From positions 992,001-1,056,000 of the forward strand of contig CAXXDQ010000003.1 of assembly GCA_963664325.2 (NCBI GenBank): a DNA stretch of 64,000 bases, in the 5' to 3' direction. The translations under genes were made by a program, and so were the position numbers. Position 1 is the first letter of the stretch; each line of letters starts with the position of its first letter. Positions 39,440-47,939 of this stretch are shown piece by piece. The notes below the pieces were generated by a model. That model ran no database searches, was not told where the DNA came from, and saw only the letters and a program-made list of their open reading frames with translations. This DNA comes from Desulfomonilia bacterium (lineage in GTDB: Bacteria > Desulfobacterota > Desulfomonilia > UBA1062).

Positions 39440-39828
39440 ACCCTTCTGCTTGCATGTGCAACCATAGCGATAATTGCTGTTTTACCATGCCCTGACTTGC
39501 CGCCGCCTTATTTTCTGTTAATATTGGTTACGGATGCCTGATCCGCACCAGTCACCCATCGGGATCAAGGTTATCTCGGGCTGCCCGAGGCCCGGAACTC
39601 TCGGGGGGGGGTCCGGGGCGAGAGGCAGCCCAACCCCTGGCTTGAAGCCCCAGAAAAAGCATCGGTTCATTGCCGTGTCCGATTTGTTTTCACAGGTTTT
39701 ATGGTTGCTGGCCAACACCTTCTGGCTCATGGCAATGGCGGTTGTCAAAGCATGGCGAGGGACGGCTGACAAATCAGGCCTTGTGGTTCTCATCCCAACA
39801 CCTTGAGGTCTTGCCGTCCCAGCCATAT
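39440..39828 (-). ncRNA. Putative bridge/seek RNA of the IS (boundaries approximate)
   Basis: Stem-internal-loop at 39752-39826 carries GGTGT and AAGGCCTGA, which match the two sides of the insertion site; a second similar loop at 39668-39737; ATGGGTGA (39559-39552) matches the circle junction. Confidence 0.75.
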
Positions 39829-40848
39829 TCATGAAACCAGCATCTCCTCTTTATAGGGGACCTGATCCTTCATGATGTAGTAGCTGGCCCTTGCCAGCTT
39901 ATGGGCCAATGCCTTTATCGCTACAAACTTATTCTGCGAAGACTCCTTGCGCTGGTAAAAGGAATTGAGCCTTCTGTTGTACCTCCTTGCTATGTTTGCA
40001 GCCTCGATAAACGCCCATGCTAAATATTTATTACCGTTCTTTGAGTTGCCTTTACCTTTGACCTTGTCATTCGATGTCCACTTGCCGGATATGCACCTGC
40101 TGTATGACGAAAAGTTGCCGACTTTCTTGAATCTCGATATGTCTCCCACCTCATACATGATTGTTAATGCCAGAGTCTTGCCTATACCCGGAACTGTAAG
40201 AAGGTTTTCAAATTCCCTTCTGAGCCTGGCTTTCTCAAGAACCGCTTTTTCTATAACCCTGATCTCATGATCCAGAGTCCTTATAGTATTTACGCCGGAT
40301 ATTGCCATCAGCCTTGAATATTTGTCCTTGAAGAGCCTTTCTATTTCTTCTTCTTTAAGGGTCTTTATATCATATGAGTTGATTCTTCTTGCCGTGCACC
40401 TGTTGATCAGTCCTTGCAGAGAAAGAATATTGGAGGTCCTTTGATGAACAAAGAAAGTCCTCTTTCTGAACAAATCCCTCAGAGGCCTTTCTTCTTTCGG
40501 GTAAATATACCCTTTCCTCAAAATGCCGAGAGAAAGCATCTGGGCCAGCCAGAACGCGTCGCTCTTGTCATCTGAATGCTTCAGCCCGCTGTACTGATGA
40601 TTCGCAGCAGGGTTTGCAAGGCACACTTCATATCCGGAATCCATCAACCCGTCCACGAGCCAGTACCAGTTGAATGTGCTCTCAACTGTAATAGCCTTGA
40701 TGTTCTCCCTGAATGGTTCAAGTTCATAGACAATCTTGGGCAGTTCGTTCGGAAGCCTCCTGTGGTAAACCTTCTCCTGAGTGATCTTATCCAGTATCCC
40801 AACGTAAGTATTGTTCGAATGAAGATCCATCCCGACGTACAGTTCCAT
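39829..40848 (-). CDS. IS110-family transposase/recombinase
   Basis: YVGMDLH, VEST and KHSDDKSDA (DEDD RuvC-like domain); LLTVPGIG, Ser-containing GKWTSN, GNKYL and ALAHKLAR; start reassigned to ATG 40848. Confidence 0.95.
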   Translation of the reverse strand: MELYVGMDLHSNNTYVGILDKITQEKVYHRRLPNELPKIVYELEPFRENIKAITVESTFNWYWLVDGLMDSGYEVCLANPAANHQYSGLKHSDDKSDAFWLAQMLSLGILRKGYIYPKEERPLRDLFRKRTFFVHQRTSNILSLQGLINRCTARRINSYDIKTLKEEEIERLFKDKYSRLMAISGVNTIRTLDHEIRVIEKAVLEKARLRREFENLLTVPGIGKTLALTIMYEVGDISRFKKVGNFSSYSRCISGKWTSNDKVKGKGNSKNGNKYLAWAFIEAANIARRYNRRLNSFYQRKESSQNKFVAIKALAHKLARASYYIMKDQVPYKEEMLVS

Positions 40849-40940
40849 CTCCTGTCCCTCCCTTCCTTCGCTTTCTATTCTCAACGTCCTCTGCTAGGGA
40901 GAAACTTACTACTCCTTAGAAACTGCCTTTTAGATGATTA

Positions 40941-41063
40941 TCAGGCCTTTATTCTTGATATTTATGTCGATTGGTTTTAGGTTTTTATTATGGATACATC
41001 GCTGAGTATCGAATATCCAAGAGCAGAATACGTTTTATTTTGTCAAGGATAAAGGCCTGACAC
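40941..41063 (+). pseudogene. Internally deleted RAYT/IS200-like (Y1) element remnant bounded by 23-bp inverted repeats
   Basis: (GTG)TCAGGCCTTTATTCTTGATA and TGTCAAGGATAAAGGCCTGACAC match at 21/23; ATG 40990 reads MDTSLSIEYPRAEY, resembling the RAYT N-terminus MxRPLRIEYPGAxYHV. Confidence 0.55.
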
Positions 41064-41102
41064 ACTGTCACCACATCTACATAAACAGGAGCAGTGGAAA
41101 TT

Positions 41103-41285
41103 ATGACAGACAGAAAGAAAGCATGGATAAGGCCGGAACTGATTGTCTTGGTCCGCAACAAACCAGAAGAGCAAGTTCTGACTGCATGTAAGACCAGTGG
41201 GCAAACGTCTTCGGTGTCCACGTTCCAGACAGGGTGCAAGGACGAATTTGGGTGTCCTGACTGCAGCGAGCCGGGCTCATCCTAA
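41103..41285 (+). CDS. Small Cys-rich RiPP-like precursor peptide (SynChlorMet-cassette type leader)
   Basis: KKAWIRPELIVLVRNKPEEQVLTACK leader, then a Ser/Thr/Gly/Cys-rich tail with GCPDC; AGGAG upstream. Confidence 0.7.
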   Translation: MTDRKKAWIRPELIVLVRNKPEEQVLTACKTSGQTSSVSTFQTGCKDEFGCPDCSEPGSS

Positions 41286-41387
41286 ACATCCCCAACCCCT
41301 TTGTGACTGATGGACCAGTCGAGAAATCTTCGTCAAATTACTTAAAGAGTTACAAGTCATCAGATCATAGCATAAAATTGAAAATGA

Positions 41388-41852
41388 CTACTCGTAATTT
41401 CCATAGACCCGTATGTGTATGATATAGCCTTTGCTGTCCTTCGGGTAGTAGAGCGTTGTACGATAAAAAAGGGATGCCCGATTGGGGTTCAGGGGAATAA
41501 GCTGGGTATCAAGGAACACGGTGCCTAAAATCTCGCCGTCCTTGGTTTCCGCGGCAATCTCTATTCCTTGGATCAGTTCATCATATGCAATTGTTCCGCG
41601 TGGAGTCCTGTAACATAATGCAAGGTCTATGAGCACGGTCTCGCCTGTCAGGAGATTGAGGGCCGTCCCGGCTAATATTGCCGTACCACCCTTTATTGTA
41701 GTTTTGAACTCCTCGTGTGACAGCGGTTTTGCGGACATCGGAATCGAGAGGTCGACCTGAAGTATCTGGCCATAAGAGATAACAGGTGCTGCAAGCAAAG
41801 CGATAAGCAAGAAGGCCCTCAGTTTCATTTTTCGGAAAAATAAATTGCTCAT
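41388..41852 (-). CDS. Hypothetical exported protein
   Basis: Signal peptide-like N-terminus; AAGGGGG RBS before ATG 41852. Confidence 0.65.
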   Translation of the reverse strand: MSNLFFRKMKLRAFLLIALLAAPVISYGQILQVDLSIPMSAKPLSHEEFKTTIKGGTAILAGTALNLLTGETVLIDLALCYRTPRGTIAYDELIQGIEIAAETKDGEILGTVFLDTQLIPLNPNRASLFYRTTLYYPKDSKGYIIHIRVYGNYE

Positions 41853-41996
41853 ATTGCCCCCTTTCAAATGATGAATCAGCTATAAATCCGACCACCACAA
41901 AGTACACCGGTATCATTAATTTTATGCTGTTATGATGTGTTTCCTCTGCCATTCAATTTTTACTATGTTTATATTCGCAATTATTTCGTAAATTTT

Positions 41997-43919
41997 CTAT
42001 TCTGCGATCAAAACGATATCATGCCGGGCACTCAGGGAAACATTGACTGAAATCGAGTTCACCCCGGAATACTCCTCCTGCGGCACCCCGTCCATAACGA
42101 GTTTCCATGTCCTGTCAGGGTCAAGTTTTATTATGTTAAACGATGTGGTGCCGCTCTGGTCTGTTCCCCCCTCGGTTGTTATAACGAGGGCCTCCTTTTC
42201 AAAGTCGTAGATAGCCCGCTTGAGCAGGACATTCGGAAAGGACAGGCCGGTCACCTGAGGAGAATCGAAATCCCGCTGAGTGAACGGTTTGCTGTGAAGT
42301 GCCAGGAGACCGTTGGGAGGGTTCGCAGCAGCAAAGGCAACAAGCACGCCTGTAAGGGCATGAGACCACGGGGTGAAAGCCGTTTTGGAAAGATTGAGGT
42401 ATGTGTCTTGCTCAACCGGGAAACGGAGCATACCGTCTTCCCACGAGGCCTTGTAGTAATCCTTGCACCAGGCCACCAGCTTGTCCCTCAGGTCCGTATC
42501 TCCCACTTCCGCTGCCAGCAGGGCGAAGAACGGTGTGGCGCACTGGTCTGAGAGCATCTCGGTTTTCAGGTATGCAGTATTGCTGTCTGGCGCTATCACA
42601 TGCCTTTGCTTCTGGTACGGATAATGTCGTTCGATTAAACCCGGCTCCCAGGCATGCATGAAGGCGCCGTTCCATCCGTTGGAAACCGAGGCATTGGCCT
42701 GGATTACCCCAAGCCAGGCCAGTGGAACCGTTAACAGGGACAGGCCGTTGCCGAAGCTGCAGAACTCCTGGGTGATGGTTGTTTTCTGTTTCACCAGATA
42801 CATGAAACAGGTCTCATGCGTGACCGGGTTGATGAACATGTTCTTGAGGAAAAAATCCAGAAAGGAGTTGCGGGCCTCGGCATAGGATGTCCCGTGTATA
42901 TGGTCGTACAGCATTAATGACAGGATAGGATGCTGGTTGCATTCTCCGAAGACCGCGTTGGGCTCGCATTCTATGCTGTGGTAAGAATTGTTCGCCATCT
43001 GGTCGTACATGACCTTTTGCAGGGAATTGTTGTCATAGGTATACTGCTCGGCATCGCTCCACTTGAAGACGATGGAACCGGGCTCGTCCCATTTCAAGTC
43101 ATGGTAAAGCGTTTCATAAAGACCGATCATCTGCCCCAGGTGTCCGGAGTACATGATGTTCTTTTTCCCGACCGGGTCGTGCTCTTCCGGATAGGGCGTG
43201 TTCAGCAGCGGCTCGATAAAATTAACCCCTTTGCTGCGTTCGGCCCAGTACTGCCACACCTGCTTCTGAATCATTTTCTGGATCAGTTTGTCCATGCGCG
43301 GCTTGATGTACTCGCGCCAGGCCGGTAGCTTGTGGTACTGCTCCAGCGCAAAGAAGTAGGTCATGAAAGCGATGCTGTAGCGGTACGAGGAGAGATAGAA
43401 TTGGGTTTCTTCATATGTCTTGATCCTGCTGAAGTCGTCAAGGGCATCGTCACTGACGGAGAGATACCAGCGGAACAGGCCCATTTCATCCGTGCCGATC
43501 TGCTGATATGAGGCAGGATCGACTGTCGGCAACGCAGGAACGATGCCGGTCAGGCTTTTAATCGAATAACCGGCCTTGTTTTTGGCGACCACGATGATGT
43601 CATAATTCACACCTGTTATAAGGCCTTTGAACTGGTAACCGTCCTTGGATACATCCACAGGTCCCTCTGAAGACCCGGTGACAGTGGACCCGTCAGCAGT
43701 GATCGCACCGGTCGTACCTATATAGGCTTCCACTGACGGCACGGGGTCGCCTTTCGTGGCAAAGGCGGGCAGGTCAATGGTTATGGTACGCGAGCTGAAC
43801 GCCTTAACTTTCAAGTCATTAAGAACCGGCGCCGCTGCCTGTTTGCATCCGGTCAAAAGAAAAAGAATTACAATAAACCAGACCAGTATACATTTTTTTA
43901 TTATTGAGTTCATATTCAT
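41997..43919 (-). CDS. Lipoprotein with Fn3/Ig-like domain and linalool dehydratase/isomerase-like domain
   Basis: Lipobox LTGC; YRYSIAF, VWQYW, NIMYSGHL and ECEPNAVFGECNQ motifs typical of the LinD family. Confidence 0.75.
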   Translation of the reverse strand: MNMNSIIKKCILVWFIVILFLLTGCKQAAAPVLNDLKVKAFSSRTITIDLPAFATKGDPVPSVEAYIGTTGAITADGSTVTGSSEGPVDVSKDGYQFKGLITGVNYDIIVVAKNKAGYSIKSLTGIVPALPTVDPASYQQIGTDEMGLFRWYLSVSDDALDDFSRIKTYEETQFYLSSYRYSIAFMTYFFALEQYHKLPAWREYIKPRMDKLIQKMIQKQVWQYWAERSKGVNFIEPLLNTPYPEEHDPVGKKNIMYSGHLGQMIGLYETLYHDLKWDEPGSIVFKWSDAEQYTYDNNSLQKVMYDQMANNSYHSIECEPNAVFGECNQHPILSLMLYDHIHGTSYAEARNSFLDFFLKNMFINPVTHETCFMYLVKQKTTITQEFCSFGNGLSLLTVPLAWLGVIQANASVSNGWNGAFMHAWEPGLIERHYPYQKQRHVIAPDSNTAYLKTEMLSDQCATPFFALLAAEVGDTDLRDKLVAWCKDYYKASWEDGMLRFPVEQDTYLNLSKTAFTPWSHALTGVLVAFAAANPPNGLLALHSKPFTQRDFDSPQVTGLSFPNVLLKRAIYDFEKEALVITTEGGTDQSGTTSFNIIKLDPDRTWKLVMDGVPQEEYSGVNSISVNVSLSARHDIVLIAE

Positions 43920-44161
43920 TGCCCTCCCATATGTAAAAAATTCCCTGTAAAGGTAAAAGCCGTCATAATTTAAATATTAAAAAATTGCCCTGTCAGCATA
44001 TATCATTTCCATAGTGCAATTCCCGAAAAGAGTGTAAATTAATATACTCCAATCAAGCCGATTATCCAAGATTTTCATTCAGAATAGCATCAATGTGCCG
44101 GGTTTGAGCTAGTATGGCAGCCTGTCCGGCACTTGATATTTGGAATTCAGGCCTTAAAAAA

Positions 44162-45235
44162 TCAATAGCATCCCAGATGGGCAAAGCCAGGGATTGAAAA
44201 CGGGATGTGCCGGTCTTCTTTTACAAGGTATGCAGCCAGTCTTTCTATGTTCCTGACGCCGATGAAGTTGAGCGTGTTTTCAATCAGGCCGACATGGGGC
44301 CTGATCCTGTACCAGATATTGTTCTTGATCCACAGGGCCCTGGCAAAATATTTTGTGAAGCGCGCGAATTCCGCCTCGGCGCTGTTCCTGTCGTAAAGGG
44401 CCATTGCGGCAACCTTGCCGGTGATCAGGGCGCCCAGTATGCCGAACCAGCCGATGGGGTCCATGGCCCCGCTGATAGTACCGCAGAAAATAAGGCCGTC
44501 TCTGACAAGCCTTAAATTGTCCGTGCCGGCCAGCGGTACCGCGCCTGATGCATAATGCCACTCTTCATGTTCAAGGCCTTCGATCCTGCGCATGAAATCA
44601 GTGTATCTGTCGAGGCTGGCCCGGGATACCTCACGGTTCGAGAAGAGCAGGTTAAAGTAATAGTTGTTGGCGGTGCTCAGATAGCCGTATTCCGTGATGC
44701 CCTCATCCCACCATAGCCAAGAATAGTTGGAAAAGCCTATTTCACCCCTGGAAATATACCCGTACCAGCGGCGGTAGGGAATATTGAGCATGTCATAAAC
44801 CCCTTCGGTGAGGCCGCATGCTATGATTGTGCCGGGCTTGAGTTTGCCTATGTCCTGCTTTTTAAGGGCGTGGCCGAATTCGAACCGGACGCCCTCGGCA
44901 GCAGCGATCCCGTAAAGATATGTATCAAGGCTTGTGGGACGGTTTCCCCTCTCGACGCTGAAGAGGCCGCCGTGCGGTGCATAGGCCCTGGTGTCATGGA
45001 AATAGTATGGGCAAGCTATAACGGGGTAAAAGCATGGCGACACATCAATGCCGATATAATCCGATGTCATCTTTACATTGATCGGGGTCGTATGGGTCGA
45101 CGGGTTATAAAGGGGGTCGCCGCCGTATGTCTTTTCGCGCTCGATGAGCGTAACGTGAAAACCTTCCCTTGCGAGGTTTATCGCGCAGACAAGCCCTGAC
45201 ATCCCCGCACCGTAGATAAGGGCTTCCTTGGCCAT
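44162..45235 (-). CDS. FAD-dependent oxidoreductase, geranylgeranyl-reductase-like
   Basis: IYGAGMSG Rossmann motif; GTISGAMDPIGWFGILGALITG; start reassigned to ATG 45235. Confidence 0.7.
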   Translation of the reverse strand: MAKEALIYGAGMSGLVCAINLAREGFHVTLIEREKTYGGDPLYNPSTHTTPINVKMTSDYIGIDVSPCFYPVIACPYYFHDTRAYAPHGGLFSVERGNRPTSLDTYLYGIAAAEGVRFEFGHALKKQDIGKLKPGTIIACGLTEGVYDMLNIPYRRWYGYISRGEIGFSNYSWLWWDEGITEYGYLSTANNYYFNLLFSNREVSRASLDRYTDFMRRIEGLEHEEWHYASGAVPLAGTDNLRLVRDGLIFCGTISGAMDPIGWFGILGALITGKVAAMALYDRNSAEAEFARFTKYFARALWIKNNIWYRIRPHVGLIENTLNFIGVRNIERLAAYLVKEDRHIPFSIPGFAHLGCY

Positions 45236-45239
45236 TACG

Positions 45240-46583
45240 TTATGCACCCATGGACCTGACGACTGCTTCTGCAGCATCGAGGCCGCTCTTTGCAGCGCCT
45301 TCCACCGACGGCATATACATGTATTCCCCGGCCAGATACAATCCCTTTACATCATTGGGCGTTTCCCTTTTCATACGGCTTATGGCCGTAAGCATCCCGG
45401 GCGGCGAGGTGCAGACCGCCTCCTTGAACCTGTAGATCTCTGTAAACCTGGGAAAGTCAGGCATGTCCGGCGTGAACCGCTGAATGTCTTTTATAAGATA
45501 TTTTCTGATATCCTCATCCTTCATTTTATTCAGGTCTGCCGCATGCCTGCCGTATGTAAAGCAGTTTATCAGGCCTGCACCTTCCGGCGTGTAGAAGGGA
45601 GATTTTATCGAACTCTCGGTATAGCCCGCCATAGCCGAACCGAATTTTCTGGGAAGCGCCACTGCATACCAGCTCTCAGGCAGCAGCCTTTTTTCAAGGC
45701 CGAAAATCACGTGGCAGGACTGTGAGTAGCGAACTGTTTCCAGGGGTTTTCTGATGGAGCCGGGCAAGCCCGGAATCATTTTCGCAAGTGTGGTTGCAGT
45801 GGTTGTGCATATGACATGGCTGCATTCAATGAACCCAACATCAGTTTCGACACCTTTTACTTTCCCTTCTTCTAGAACCACCTTCTTTACTTTGGTGTTC
45901 AGGTTTACCGAGGTTATGCAGTCTTCATAAAGCCTTGCCGAAAGAGAGCCGATGCCTTTCCTGAAGGTCCACAGGCCGTTGATGCAATAGAGCAGCAGCG
46001 CCAGGCCGTAGCTGGCAGCGACATCCTCGGGCTCCCCGAGCGTCAGGCACGATGCAACGGGCTGGAATACGTGCTCCAGAAGGGAGCTGCCGGCCTTCTT
46101 AAGCGTATAGTCCGCAAGCGATATGGTATCAAGGTCAAGCGAGGCTTCGAAATCAGTAAAACCGAGTTTTCCAATCCTTGAAATTATGTCAGGGGTCACC
46201 TTCACCAATTCGAAAATAGCCTTGGCTGGCACACCCCTGAACCGCAGGAGTTCCGGGAGGTTTTTGATAATGTCAAGAGGCCTTATCGAGGCCAGGACAG
46301 GCGAAGGTTTCCTGCCAGCCGCCGGCGGGATTCCCGCACGGAAAGGCATCTGCACGAGATCGCCTGCCAGACCCAGTTCCCGGCTCAGCATGAAATATGT
46401 ATGATAATACCTGAAGAGGAACTGCGCCCCGGTATCGAGGATATAGCCGTCTTTGTTATGGCTAAAGGTTCTGCCTCCCGCAAAAGGCTTTTCTTCAAGG
46501 CACAGCATGCCGATGCCTTTTTTCTTCAGTATATATGCGGCTGCTAGTCCTGCAGTTCCTGCGCCGATTATTATGACTTTCAT
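45240..46583 (-). CDS. Flavin amine oxidase / protoporphyrinogen oxidase-like oxidoreductase
   Basis: MKVIIIGAGTAG, GGR..S, LDTGAQF and LAGEY...VEGA..SG motifs. Confidence 0.8.
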   Translation of the reverse strand: MKVIIIGAGTAGLAAAYILKKKGIGMLCLEEKPFAGGRTFSHNKDGYILDTGAQFLFRYYHTYFMLSRELGLAGDLVQMPFRAGIPPAAGRKPSPVLASIRPLDIIKNLPELLRFRGVPAKAIFELVKVTPDIISRIGKLGFTDFEASLDLDTISLADYTLKKAGSSLLEHVFQPVASCLTLGEPEDVAASYGLALLLYCINGLWTFRKGIGSLSARLYEDCITSVNLNTKVKKVVLEEGKVKGVETDVGFIECSHVICTTTATTLAKMIPGLPGSIRKPLETVRYSQSCHVIFGLEKRLLPESWYAVALPRKFGSAMAGYTESSIKSPFYTPEGAGLINCFTYGRHAADLNKMKDEDIRKYLIKDIQRFTPDMPDFPRFTEIYRFKEAVCTSPPGMLTAISRMKRETPNDVKGLYLAGEYMYMPSVEGAAKSGLDAAEAVVRSMGA

Positions 46584-46741
46584 AAATATACCCCGAAAGA
46601 CGCTTATGTTATTATCCGTCACAGGCAGCCGGGATAAACGTCCCATGCGCCTTGTGCAATTACTCTTATCTAATTATAATGCAAGAAACAATGTTTGTAT
46701 TAAGTTTCTGATTGTTTACTTTTCAGGCAATGGAGGAAGTT

Positions 46742-47368
46742 GTGAGATATTTTGTAGCATTATTTCTTGTTGTGAGTTTAATGATACCGTCCGGGTCGGC
46801 CCTGGCTGCCCAGCTCAACCTTGATGCAAAAACGAGAAGCGAACTTGAAAGCGGCAAGATAATAACGAGCCTGGAACAGAATCCCCATACCAAGGTCTTC
46901 AAACCGACAGGGCACAGTCTGGTCGAGGCCAGTGTGGAAGAGGTCTGGTGGGTGATAACGGATTTCAGCCATTTCGGCGAATTCATGCCGGGTGTTATTT
47001 ATTACAGGCCCGTCGGATGGAAAGACGGCAGGCTTATCGTTGATTGCAGGGTCAGGGTCGTCATGTTTAAACTGGATTACACGCTTTCCTATGTCATCGA
47101 CGAGAAGGATCACACCACATACTGGTTTTATGTAAAAGGTCCAATAAAAGATGCGCAGGGGTATTTCAGGATTGAACCGTATGACGAGAAAAGGGTGCTG
47201 GTTACTTACACGACTTCGCTCGATATAGGCAAGGCCATCCCCGGTTTCGTTGAGGAGACCCTGGGCAAGACGACCTTTCCCTCGATATTCAAGTCTCTCA
47301 AAAAAAGGGTTGCTTTGTTGAAACAGAAAGGGCCCATTCCGAAACCCGTACTGCCGCCGATGAACTAG
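46742..47368 (+). CDS. Exported SRPBCC/START-fold (polyketide cyclase-like) lipid-binding protein
   Basis: GTG start after GGAGG; signal peptide; VWWVITDF..F.EFMP and GPIKDAQGYF. Confidence 0.75.
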   Translation: MRYFVALFLVVSLMIPSGSALAAQLNLDAKTRSELESGKIITSLEQNPHTKVFKPTGHSLVEASVEEVWWVITDFSHFGEFMPGVIYYRPVGWKDGRLIVDCRVRVVMFKLDYTLSYVIDEKDHTTYWFYVKGPIKDAQGYFRIEPYDEKRVLVTYTTSLDIGKAIPGFVEETLGKTTFPSIFKSLKKRVALLKQKGPIPKPVLPPMN

Positions 47369-47512
47369 TGCTGAAGGCAGGCGCTCATGATTAGCGCTCG
47401 TACCGGAGGCTGGCTGCTTATATTTTGTAAACCGTCTTCAACTGTAAGAGTCGTTTAATATTTCAGGTGTGTATGGTAAAAGACAATCAAACGCTTGAGA
47501 GGGGAGACTGCC

Positions 47513-47938
47513 ATGTCATGGAGGGGATATAAAAATCTGAAAGATGCATTTGCCGCAGGTACTACACCCGACCCGGCCGAACTCAGGGGATATTACAAGG
47601 TTAAGCTGGTAACCGGCGTACTGCCTGATTTCAGGTCTTTTCTGCACTGCAAGTTTTTCCCCATGGGTGTGGAAACAGAGGGCGGCGGGTTCAACGAATT
47701 TCTGGGATTTGTAAGGATCGGCAACTTTAAAATCGAAAGAACGGATTCAATACTGGGCGACGGGCAGCAGGTGCTTCGCATCATTTACAACAGGAAGGGC
47801 AATCCGTTCTGGCTCAAGCCGCTGAACGATGAGCTGAAGAAATTATCCGACGGATTTTATATCGGCCGCGGGGTTTTCCTGATAAAGGGCCGGGCCTTCA
47901 ACACTTTTTATTTCTCGGTCGAGAAGCTTGGGGCCTGA
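47513..47938 (+). CDS. Hypothetical protein
   Basis: ATG after GGAG; directly upstream of selA in the same operon. Confidence 0.65.
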   Translation: MSWRGYKNLKDAFAAGTTPDPAELRGYYKVKLVTGVLPDFRSFLHCKFFPMGVETEGGGFNEFLGFVRIGNFKIERTDSILGDGQQVLRIIYNRKGNPFWLKPLNDELKKLSDGFYIGRGVFLIKGRAFNTFYFSVEKLGA

Positions 47939-47939
47939 T

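Larger units (their letters stand above)
39385..40943 (-). mobile_element. Complete IS110-family insertion sequence of IS1111-type layout (subterminal IRs, 3' non-coding region)
   Basis: DEDD transposase; ~50-bp imperfect subterminal IRs (~39387-39437 and ~40883-40936); shared TCA/TGA core at 39382-39384 and 40941-40943; removing the element restores GTGTCAGGCCTTTATTCTTGATA. Confidence 0.88.

Noticed and set aside
39518-39832. ORFs 39518-39832(-) and 39534-39806(+) as proteins
   Set aside because: They lie in the structured IS non-coding region and have no recognisable motifs; an RNA explains the sequence better
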